Below are positions 30,818 through 38,774 of a DNA stretch of 64,000 nucleotides, in pieces. The notes under the pieces were generated by a model that searched no databases, had not been told where the DNA came from, and worked only from the letters and a program-made list of their open reading frames with translations. A program made the translations under genes and the position numbers. Source of the DNA: Candidatus Eiseniibacteriota bacterium (lineage in GTDB: Bacteria > Eisenbacteria > RBG-16-71-46 > CAIMUX01 > VGJL01); the NCBI GenBank assembly GCA_041946735.1, contig JBHGAY010000002.1, positions 192,001 through 256,000 on the forward strand, written 5' to 3'. Within the stretch, counting starts at the first letter, position 1. Each line of letters starts with the position of its first letter.

Positions 30818-32589
30818 GCGTCTCCCCCGCTCTCGAGCGATTGCCGTCCCGTCGTCAGATCGAACGTCCTGCGGACCTCGATCGATCCCGTCCGATTCAG
30901 GCGCTCGACGTCGCTCGCCGCGAGGTAGCTGCCCCGGGCGCGCAGCTCGTAGCGCTGGAAATAGCGGGACTGCGGCACGTAGCGAACCGACCAGTCGTCT
31001 CCGATCTTTACTTCGCGGAAGGCGGGCCCGCCGCGGCGCTCGATCCGGTCGGTCACGGTCATCCGCTCCCCCTCGAAGCGGATCGTCCGCCGGAAATGGA
31101 CCGGAGCGCTCCCGCTCTTCGTCATCAGGAGCTTTCGGATCCATCCCTTGATCCGGTAGGCGGTCCCGGTGTGGGCGCCGGCGACGAGCATGAACATGCG
31201 GAAGCCGATCATCGTGAGCGGCGTGAACAGCTTCGAGACGACGTAGTGCATCTCCCCTTCGACTTCGAGCTGGTCGCTCTCCGCGATGGCCTGATGCTTC
31301 GGATCGATCCACTGCGAGGTGAGGACCTTCCCGTTCGCCATTCGCGCGAGGATGCCGCAATCGCTCAGGATCGACGTCTCGGTCGCGGGCTGATAGACGC
31401 GGATCGTCCCGCCCTTCGCGAGGTTCGTGGTGACGTAGGCGCTCGCCGTGCGTCGCGCCTCCATGCGGGAACCGGGCCAGTACTTCCGGAACGGCGCACC
31501 GCGCGCCGGGAGAACCGGCAAGCTGCCTGCTCGCGGCTTCCAGTCGATCCACGACAGAAGCAGCTCCGGAATCCTGTAGAGGAAGTAGCGATCCTCCTGG
31601 ATTTCGGGAGGAACGAGCCGCGCCGACCACAGCGCCTCGAGCATCGTCTCGGCCACAGCCGCGGCAACCGGATTCTCCGGCGCGAACAGCTCGAATCCGT
31701 GGGGATAGAAGTGGAGGGTCTGGCGGCTCCCCATCGATCCGCCGAGGCTCTCCCCCGGATAGACGAAGTAGGAGAGGTACTCGATCGCCTTGGCGCAGAC
31801 CTCTTCGATCCGCTCATCGGTGTAGCGCTTGCGCAGCTTTCCGAGGAACGACACGGTCGCCGAGAGATAGCCGAGATCGGCGCCGTCGTACTCCAGGCAC
31901 CAGCCTTCGGGATTGCAGTAGCGCAGGAAGTCGTCGAGCCGGACGTGGAAGCCTTCGAGCAGCTTCGGGTCGCGAAGCAGATCGTAGGCTTCGTAGATCG
32001 GCAGGACGGCCATCGCATGGTGATTGGCGAGAACTCCGGGCTCGTCGTACTTCGCGAGGAATCGCGCGGCGCGCGCGACGCAGGAGAGGAACCGTTCCCG
32101 CAGCTCCTTCGGGACGTTGGGCTCGATGCGACGATACGAATCGGCCATCGCATAGACGAGGAATCCGGTCGGGCCCGCCCACCCGCGCTCGTTGGGATAG
32201 AACTCGTCGAACGATCCATCCGGCCTCTGGATCTTCGTCCAGTACTCCATGGCTGCGAGGGTCCACAGCAGGATCTTGGGATTGCCGAGATACGGATTGT
32301 CCGGGAACGGCGTGGCGTAGGCGAGCGCGAGGGAATGGACGCCGAACTGCGCGATCGAGGAGGGGAAGTCGACGGTCCGGCAAAGCCAGTATTCCCGATG
32401 GAAGCAGCCGTAAGTGCGGGAGAACTCGTTTCGATCCTGCAGGGAGAGCAGCCGCGGAATCTGCGCGAGCGCGCGGTCGGAATAGGCGCGGCGCAGCTCT
32501 TCCCCGCGAGGCCGGCTCGCCGTCCTCTCGGGCGGGAGCGCCCCCTGCTGCGCGTCTTCGTCGACGCGTCGATCGGGCGGCACGATCAC
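30814..32589 (-). CDS. Conserved hypothetical protein, possible (alpha/alpha)-toroid / heparinase-like enzyme
   Basis: 591-aa ORF with normal composition; QRPDGSFDEFYP, EGWCLEYDGADLGY, GGSMGSR; coupled to the flippase-like gene. Confidence 0.65.
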   Translation of the reverse strand: MIVPPDRRVDEDAQQGALPPERTASRPRGEELRRAYSDRALAQIPRLLSLQDRNEFSRTYGCFHREYWLCRTVDFPSSIAQFGVHSLALAYATPFPDNPYLGNPKILLWTLAAMEYWTKIQRPDGSFDEFYPNERGWAGPTGFLVYAMADSYRRIEPNVPKELRERFLSCVARAARFLAKYDEPGVLANHHAMAVLPIYEAYDLLRDPKLLEGFHVRLDDFLRYCNPEGWCLEYDGADLGYLSATVSFLGKLRKRYTDERIEEVCAKAIEYLSYFVYPGESLGGSMGSRQTLHFYPHGFELFAPENPVAAAVAETMLEALWSARLVPPEIQEDRYFLYRIPELLLSWIDWKPRAGSLPVLPARGAPFRKYWPGSRMEARRTASAYVTTNLAKGGTIRVYQPATETSILSDCGILARMANGKVLTSQWIDPKHQAIAESDQLEVEGEMHYVVSKLFTPLTMIGFRMFMLVAGAHTGTAYRIKGWIRKLLMTKSGSAPVHFRRTIRFEGERMTVTDRIERRGGPAFREVKIGDDWSVRYVPQSRYFQRYELRARGSYLAASDVERLNRTGSIEVRRTFDLTTGRQSLESGGDA

Positions 32590-32825
32590 GATCTCGACCT
32601 CCTCTACGACTTCGGTTCTCGGGTTCGCTCGACGGGGCTGCTACGGCCCCGGCAGCCGCGCCGTTTCAACGCCGGAGACCGGCGGGCGGCCTCGATCGCA
32701 GCGACCCGACCGATCGTAGCAGCACCGGAGCTTGTTGTCGTCTCGCCGCTTGCGCGCCCTTCACTCCGCGCCAACTCCGGTCCTTCTCGTCCAAATCCGC
32801 CGAGCGTTCGTCCGGCTATCATGAA

Positions 32826-32882
32826 GTAATCAAGATTACGAAATAAAAACTTCTTGACCCTTCCCGCACCCTGTCGCATAGT
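32826..32882 (+). promoter_or_regulatory. Sigma70-type promoter with AT-rich UP element
   Basis: TTGACC (32854-32859), 17 nt, CATAGT (32877-32882); upstream gaaataaaaac tract and GTAATC-aa-GATTAC dyad (32826-32839). Confidence 0.65.
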
Positions 32883-32888
32883 GACATT

Positions 32889-33058
32889 GAGGGTCGTGAT
32901 CGGCCCAACGGTTTCGGGACCCGGCAAGCCGGAACAACCCGGAGACGAGAAGGTGGGGCAAGTCCCCACCCTTGCCCGTGTCACCTTTTGCGGCCAAAGG
33001 TGGTGCGGGCATCTCTTTGGCGCCCCGAATGGTTCGGCCATTCGGGGCGCGATCTTTC
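32889..33058 (+). ncRNA. Candidate stand-alone structured non-coding RNA
   Basis: Five consecutive hairpins starting at the predicted +1; G-U wobbles work only on the + strand; no credible ORF follows and the next gene is convergent. Confidence 0.55.
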
Positions 33059-33120
33059 GGGGCGCCTGCCTGGGCGGCCGCCTCCAGTTCGTGGCGGCCT
33101 TGCCCGGCACGCGAGCGCCC

Positions 33121-34215
33121 CTATTCGCGGGGATCCGGAGCCAGGGTTTCCTCGCCCGTCCACGTTCCGTCCGCCGCTCGAGGCGTCGCACCGGCGGCCG
33201 GTCCAGGCATCGTACCGGCCGGGTCTGAGCGCATCCCGTCGATCCGCTTCTCGATCCCCCCGCTCTCGATGACGAATCCTGCAGGCGGGGCCGCATCCTG
33301 CCAGGCCTGGCGCTCTTCCTCGGCGAGGCCCCAGCCATCCGGATGGAGCCGATAGCGAGCCAGGCGGCGGGAAAGATCCGCCTTCCGCTCCGCGACCGAA
33401 GCGGCGCGCCAGCGCGTCGCGAGAGCGGGCGACAGGATGCGGACGAGCCGCCCCGCCGTACAGACGACCGCGCGAGGATCGAGATCGGCGACCGTCCAGG
33501 CGCGCCGACTCCTGTGCGCGGCGGCGGCCAGCGTCCCGCTCCCGCAGGTCCAATCCGCGACTCGGTCCCCCTCGTCCGTGAACGCTTCGATCAAACGGAC
33601 GGCCAGGGCTTCCGGCTTCTGCATGGGATAGCCGAGCCGCTCGCTCGAGTCGGCGGGAAGGAACGGGATCTCCCACACGTCGTCGGCCCACGCGTAGCGG
33701 TACCAGCCCCGACGATCGCGATGCTCCTCGACCCCTCGACGGTTCGCGCGGTGCGCCAGGTAGCGCTTCTCCCGGAAGGCGTGGAAGGTGTGCGCTGGGC
33801 CGTTGCGCCAGACCAGGAGCGTGTCGTGCTTCCAGGCGAAGCGGTCCCGCGCCACGCCGCCGCTCCGGTAATGCCACACGATCTCGTTGAGGAATGCGGC
33901 CGGGCCGAGGCGTTCCTCGAGTGACACCCGCACGAACGGCGCGAGGCGAGGATCGAGATGGACCACCAGGATCCCGCCGGGACGAAGCGCCTCGATCCCA
34001 CGCTCGAGCCTCGGGATCCAGCACTCCAACCACTTGCCGCGATTCGAGCCGTCCTGCAGCGGGCTCTCCACGCGACCGAGACCGAATCGAAAGCGCTGGG
34101 CGCGTCCCGTCCCGAAAGGAGGATCGACGTAGAGCAGCGCCAGGCTTCCCCGCTCGACCGACTCGCAGGCTTGCAGGAACTCGGCATGGAGCAGGACGTT
34201 GGGGGCGGTGTCCAT
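33121..34215 (-). CDS. Orphan N6-adenine/N4-cytosine DNA methyltransferase (beta class)
   Basis: Motif IV LLYVDPPF, NEIVWHY, KHDTLL, DVWEIP, YPMQKPEAL, variant motif I DWTCGSGT. Confidence 0.85.
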   Translation of the reverse strand: MDTAPNVLLHAEFLQACESVERGSLALLYVDPPFGTGRAQRFRFGLGRVESPLQDGSNRGKWLECWIPRLERGIEALRPGGILVVHLDPRLAPFVRVSLEERLGPAAFLNEIVWHYRSGGVARDRFAWKHDTLLVWRNGPAHTFHAFREKRYLAHRANRRGVEEHRDRRGWYRYAWADDVWEIPFLPADSSERLGYPMQKPEALAVRLIEAFTDEGDRVADWTCGSGTLAAAAHRSRRAWTVADLDPRAVVCTAGRLVRILSPALATRWRAASVAERKADLSRRLARYRLHPDGWGLAEEERQAWQDAAPPAGFVIESGGIEKRIDGMRSDPAGTMPGPAAGATPRAADGTWTGEETLAPDPRE

Positions 34216-34308
34216 GGCGTCGTTCTTACGCCGCTCCCGGCCGCCTGTCCATCGCCGCTCTCCGCGAGACCGCCGGCCTTGTGTCACACGCCGGTCCGTC
34301 ACGGTTCG

Positions 34309-34338
34309 TTGACGATCCGGCGCTCCACCCGATACGAT
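34309..34338 (+). promoter_or_regulatory. Putative sigma70 promoter for the four-gene membrane operon
   Basis: TTGACG, 18 nt, TACGAT, about 75 nt upstream of the ATG at 34413. Confidence 0.45.
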
Positions 34339-34412
34339 CCGCGCGATTCGCGGCGTTACCGGATCGCTTGGGGTGGGGGCGAACGGGGCCGAGTCGCGGT
34401 GGGGGGAGGCGC

Positions 34413-35702
34413 ATGGGACAGGACCGGCTCTGGGCAGACCCGCATCCTCGCGGAGCGCGGCTCGGTCGCGATTGCATCCTTCTCCCCGGGATTCTCCTCT
34501 CGATCGTCCTTCTTTTCGCCGCCCCCGCGGCTCGCCCCGCCGTCGCGCAAACGGTCTCCGGGACGAGCGGCGAGCCGGCGCCCGCCATGCCCCCGGCCTC
34601 CTCCACCCCCACGGCTCCCGCCGCGACGCCGCGCGCTCCCGCGGACCTGCGCGCGATCGACACGCCCAACGACCGAGGCGAGAGCATCGACCTCACCTGG
34701 CAGGCAAGCCCCGACGAGGCGAGCGCGGTCACGCTGTACGAGATCCAGAGGTCGACCTCTCCCGAGGGACCGTTCGAGACGGTGGGGCAGATTCCGGCGG
34801 GGACGACCAGCTACACCGACAACTCCGTGAAGGACGAGACGGGCTACTACTACCGGATCGTGTCGGTCGGCAGTGGCTCCGGCCCTTGGGAGACCACGCC
34901 GGCCGTGGGGCCGGCGACGTCCCATGGGCAGTGGTTCGACGCCCGCAAGCTCCCCACGCTGCTTCTCACCTTCGCCTTCTGCGTGGCGGTCGTGTTCCTG
35001 ATCGGGCAAGCGCGCCGCGGGCGGCCGTTCTACATTCGGCCCATCCCCGGCCTGGCCGCGGTGGACGAGGCGATCGGGCGCGCAACGGAGATGGGCAAGC
35101 CGATCCTCTTCGTCTCGGGCCTCGGGACGGCAGGCGACGTCGCCACCCTTGCCGCCTTCACGCTGCTCGGGCGCGTCGCCCGGCGCACGGCCGAGTACCA
35201 GACCCAGGTGATCGTCCCCTGCTACGACCCGATCGTGATGACGATCTCGCAGGAGATCGTGAAGTCGTCGTACCTCGACGCCGGCCGGCCGGAGCTCTAC
35301 CGCCAGGACGACATCTTCTTCGTGACGCAGGACCAGTTCCCCTTCACGGCCGCCGTCAACGGCATCATGCTCCGCGACCGGCCCGCCACGAACTTCTACA
35401 TCGGCAAGTTCTACGCGGAGAGCCTGGTTCTCGCAGAGACCGGGAACATTGCCGGCTCCATCCAGATCGCGGGAACCGACGAGATGACCCAGATCCCGTT
35501 CTTCGTCGCGGCGTGCGACTACACCCTGATCGGAGAGGAGCTCTACGCCTCCAGCGCCTACCTCTCTCAGGAGCCGCCGCTGCTCGGAACCTTGAAAGCG
35601 CAGGACTGGGGAAAGGCCCTGGCCGCGTTTCTGATCGTGGCCGGAGCGATTCTCGCCGCCTTCGGGCAGAGCTGGTTCGTCCGGTTCTTCCAGGTTCAGT
35701 AG
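34413..35702 (+). CDS. Fibronectin type III domain plus DUF6754-like membrane protein
   Basis: Signal-like N-terminus; FN3 (IDLTWQAS..YEIQRS..YTD..YYYRIVSV); TM; IRPIPGLAAVDEAIGRATEMGKP, AESLVLAETG, ACDYTLIGEELYA; C-terminal TM. Confidence 0.8.
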   Translation: MGQDRLWADPHPRGARLGRDCILLPGILLSIVLLFAAPAARPAVAQTVSGTSGEPAPAMPPASSTPTAPAATPRAPADLRAIDTPNDRGESIDLTWQASPDEASAVTLYEIQRSTSPEGPFETVGQIPAGTTSYTDNSVKDETGYYYRIVSVGSGSGPWETTPAVGPATSHGQWFDARKLPTLLLTFAFCVAVVFLIGQARRGRPFYIRPIPGLAAVDEAIGRATEMGKPILFVSGLGTAGDVATLAAFTLLGRVARRTAEYQTQVIVPCYDPIVMTISQEIVKSSYLDAGRPELYRQDDIFFVTQDQFPFTAAVNGIMLRDRPATNFYIGKFYAESLVLAETGNIAGSIQIAGTDEMTQIPFFVAACDYTLIGEELYASSAYLSQEPPLLGTLKAQDWGKALAAFLIVAGAILAAFGQSWFVRFFQVQ

Positions 35703-35751
35703 TTCGAGGCGCGCGCAAGGAACACGAGAGGGAAGGAAGGGCTCACCGACG

Positions 35752-36366
35752 ATGCGACGCGGGCTGCCGAAGCTGATCACCGCAATCACCGGGCTGTTCC
35801 TGGCGATCCAGTACTTCAGCCCCCACAAGTTCTCGGAGAAGTTCTTCGAAACGGCGCTCGACTGGCTGATCATCATCGGCATCTTCTCGATCATTCTCGG
35901 AATCGCGAGCTTGTCGAAGCAGCACCTGTCGAAGATCCAGCGCAAGGAGGGGGGATCGTTCAACAGCAGCGTGCTCCTGGCCGGCCTCGTGTTCATGATC
36001 CTCGCCGGCTTTCTCGGAGGAACGGGGGAAGGCTCGCTGTTCCTGCAGGGATACAACGGCATTCTCAATCCCGTCACGTCGACGATGTTCGCGCTGCTCG
36101 CCTTCTACATCGCCTCGGCCGCCTACCGGGCGTTTCGGGCGCGCACTGTCATCGCGACGATCCTGCTCGTGAGCGCCGTCATCGTGATGATCGGCCGTGT
36201 CCCGGCCGGGGAGGCGATGATCCCGGGGATCGCGAAGGCTTCCGACTGGCTGCTCAACGTCCCGAACATGGCCGCGAAACGGGCGATCGCGATCGGCCTC
36301 GGGCTCGGCGGCAGCGCGACGGCGCTGAAGGTCGTGCTCGGCATCGAAGCGCCGCATCTTCGTTAG
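35752..36366 (+). CDS. Uncharacterised multi-pass membrane protein
   Basis: About 6 hydrophobic segments; STMFALLAFYIASAAYRAFR, AAKRAIAIG. Confidence 0.85.
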   Translation: MRRGLPKLITAITGLFLAIQYFSPHKFSEKFFETALDWLIIIGIFSIILGIASLSKQHLSKIQRKEGGSFNSSVLLAGLVFMILAGFLGGTGEGSLFLQGYNGILNPVTSTMFALLAFYIASAAYRAFRARTVIATILLVSAVIVMIGRVPAGEAMIPGIAKASDWLLNVPNMAAKRAIAIGLGLGGSATALKVVLGIEAPHLR

Positions 36367-36378
36367 GGAGGGGAGCCG

Positions 36379-37200
36379 ATGGCGAAGTTCGACATCACGC
36401 ACGTCGACCGGCGGCTTATCTACGGCATCATCTTCCTCGCCGTCCTCGTGCCGCTCTTCATTCCGGCGCCGAAGTCGATTCGCATCACTCCCGAGGTTCG
36501 GGTGGTGTACGACCGGATCGAGGCGCTCCCTCGCGGCTCGATCGTCATGATCCCGGCGGAATACGATCCGTCGATGAGCGCCGAGCTCTCTCCCTTGACG
36601 ATCGCGGTGCTGCGGCAATGTTTCTCCCGTGACCTTCGCGTTCTGATGACGTGCCTGATGTCGAACGGGGTCTCCCTCGTCGAGAGCGAGCTGACGCGGG
36701 TGGCACGGGAGTACGGAAAGACCTACGGGGTCGACTACGTCTACCTCGGCTACAAGCCCTACCCCGGGGTCGTGATCATGGCGATGGGAGAGGACTTCCG
36801 GAATCCGTTCCCCACCGACTACTACGATCACCCGCTCGACACCCTTCCGATGATGAAGGGGGTCAAGAACTACCAGAACGTCGCGCTCGTGCTGACGATC
36901 AATGCCACGAGCGGAATCGACTACTGGATCACCTACGGGCAGGGACGGTACAAGTTCCCGCTCGCCGTCGGCTCCTCCGCGGTCATGGCCCCGAACTACT
37001 ACAACTACCTGCAGTCCGGCCAGCTCTTCGGCCTGATCGGCGGGCTTCGCGGAGCGGCCGAGTACGAAGAGCTGATCGACAAGCCGGGAACGGCCGTCCG
37101 GGGAATGTTCGTGCAATCGGTCGCGCACCTCGTGATCGTCGGCCTGATCGTGGTCGGCAACGTGAGCTTCATCATCGAGCGCCGGCGGAGGAGAGGATAG
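36379..37200 (+). CDS. Uncharacterised membrane-anchored protein (TM, alpha/beta domain, TM)
   Basis: DRRLIY, YGVDYVYLGY, YLQSGQLFGLIGGLRGAAEYE, C-terminal TM ending GN; GGAGG RBS. Confidence 0.85.
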   Translation: MAKFDITHVDRRLIYGIIFLAVLVPLFIPAPKSIRITPEVRVVYDRIEALPRGSIVMIPAEYDPSMSAELSPLTIAVLRQCFSRDLRVLMTCLMSNGVSLVESELTRVAREYGKTYGVDYVYLGYKPYPGVVIMAMGEDFRNPFPTDYYDHPLDTLPMMKGVKNYQNVALVLTINATSGIDYWITYGQGRYKFPLAVGSSAVMAPNYYNYLQSGQLFGLIGGLRGAAEYEELIDKPGTAVRGMFVQSVAHLVIVGLIVVGNVSFIIERRRRRG

Positions 37201-37205
37201 ACGCG

Positions 37206-37868
37206 ATGGAGACGATGATCGTCCAGACGGTAGCGGTGATCCTGACGCTCGCGATCTTCTCCTTCCTCTGGAGGGACAATCCGTTCTACAAGTTCGCCGA
37301 GCATCTCGTCGTCGGCGTCTCGGCCGGCTACTGGGTCGTGATCCTCTACCGCACCTCGCTCGTCCCGAAGCTGATCGAGCCGGTCGGGCGCGTCCTGAAC
37401 GGCACGTCGACGACGCTTCTCGATCCGCTGGTCATCGTGCCGTCGTTCCTCGGGATCCTGCTCTTCACCCGCTTCGTCCCGAAGTACGCATGGATCTCGC
37501 GGATTCCGATGGCGTACATCCTCGGCGTCGGCTCCGGCGCGGCGATCCCGCTCGTCCTGCAGACCTCGGTGATCCAGCAGATCTATCCGACGATGGCGAT
37601 GTTCCTCCCGGGACAGTCGCTGTCCGCGTCGCAGGTGGCGTTCCAGCTGATCATCCTGCTCGGCGTCGTTTGCGGGCTCGCCTACTTCTTCTTCTCGGCG
37701 CGTCACGAAGGGGTGCTCGGAGGAATGTCGAAGGCCGGAATCTGGATCCTCATGGTCGGCTTCGGCGCGAGCTTCGGCTACACGGTGATGAGCCGCATCA
37801 GCCTTCTCTACGGGCGGGTGAACTTCCTGTTCTTCGAATGGCCGGCGACGATTCGCGCGCTCTTCTAA
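37206..37868 (+). CDS. Uncharacterised multi-pass membrane protein
   Basis: TLAIFSFLWRDNPFYKFAEHLVVGVSAGY, YFFFS, MVGFGASFGYTVMSRISLL. Confidence 0.85.
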   Translation: METMIVQTVAVILTLAIFSFLWRDNPFYKFAEHLVVGVSAGYWVVILYRTSLVPKLIEPVGRVLNGTSTTLLDPLVIVPSFLGILLFTRFVPKYAWISRIPMAYILGVGSGAAIPLVLQTSVIQQIYPTMAMFLPGQSLSASQVAFQLIILLGVVCGLAYFFFSARHEGVLGGMSKAGIWILMVGFGASFGYTVMSRISLLYGRVNFLFFEWPATIRALF

Positions 37869-37920
37869 CGAGCAAGGACGAACGAAGGCGCAAGGACGAA
37901 CGCAAGGTCGGGCAGGAAGG

Positions 37921-38505
37921 TCAGATCTCGAGCAGGAGCATCGGCTCGGGGATGAACGGATCCCACGCAGGTCTTCGCTGACCGTTGGGGACGGTGAGGC
38001 ACGGGGACCAGGCGGGCTCTCGAGGCTCGCGGATCAGCCGGACGCCCGCTTCGGCGAGCGTCCGGTTGGATTTTCGCCTGTTGCACTTCACGCACGACAG
38101 GGCGCAGTTCGTCCAGGTCGTGCGTCCCCCTTTCGAGCGCGGGACGATGTGGTCGACCGTCAGCTCTTCGATCCCCGGCTTCGATCCGCAGTACTGGCAC
38201 GTGTAGCGGTCGCGCCGGTAGATGTTCTTGCGCGAGAAGGTCACCCGGCGGCGCGGGATCGCGTCGTAGTGGCTCAGCAGGAGCACTTCGGGGACCCGCA
38301 GCCGGTACTGGACCGTCGTGATGAACGGTTCGCCATCGGCCGGCCCGAGCGCGGCCCACGACTCGAAATCGTGAACGCTGCAATCGACGGGGAGCACGGC
38401 GCGCGCGGCTTCACGGTAGAGCAAGCAGAGGGCGGAGCGAACCGTTGTGGTTCCGATCGCGCTCCAATGTCGATTCAGGACGAGGGCCCGTTCCGATAAC
38501 ACCAT
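37921..38505 (-). CDS. HNH endonuclease (McrA-like)
   Basis: ALVLN, FSRKNIYRRDRYTCQYCG, LTVDHIVPRSKGG, WTNCALSCVKCNRRK. Confidence 0.9.
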   Translation of the reverse strand: MVLSERALVLNRHWSAIGTTTVRSALCLLYREAARAVLPVDCSVHDFESWAALGPADGEPFITTVQYRLRVPEVLLLSHYDAIPRRRVTFSRKNIYRRDRYTCQYCGSKPGIEELTVDHIVPRSKGGRTTWTNCALSCVKCNRRKSNRTLAEAGVRLIREPREPAWSPCLTVPNGQRRPAWDPFIPEPMLLLEI

Positions 38506-38774
38506 GCGTCGATGCCGCTCCCTGGCCGGTCCTGGAGGCCGCGCCTGTGGCAGAGGATAGCAGAGCCGCCCCGCCTCCCGGAAGCGGGCTGCTGCGTTGC
38601 GGCGAAGCGCGTCGCCGGCCGCCCGGGTGAGGTGAACGGCAGGGGGGCATCCTTGATCCACCCCGCCTCCCATGGCAGAATGCCCTGTTTCGTCCCGCCC
38701 ATCGCCGCCACCCTCGGGACGACCGGCGGCCGTCCGCCGTCCCGAGGCCCGAAGACCCAAAGGAGCCGTTCCCG

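Noticed and set aside
32854..33228. 124-aa ORF over the candidate ncRNA
   Set aside because: It begins at the -35 hexamer, has no recognisable protein features, crosses terminator-like hairpins and overlaps the convergent methyltransferase.
37869..37920. Short duplications (gcaaggacgaacg twice here; also 13037-13064 and the CAG run near 3563-3600)
   Set aside because: Only two or a few copies of simple sequence, consistent with slippage; no evidence of function.
33121..38505. DNA methyltransferase plus HNH nuclease as a restriction-modification system or island
   Set aside because: They are separated by an oppositely oriented four-gene operon; no att sites, integrase or composition shift; this HNH family is commonly stand-alone.
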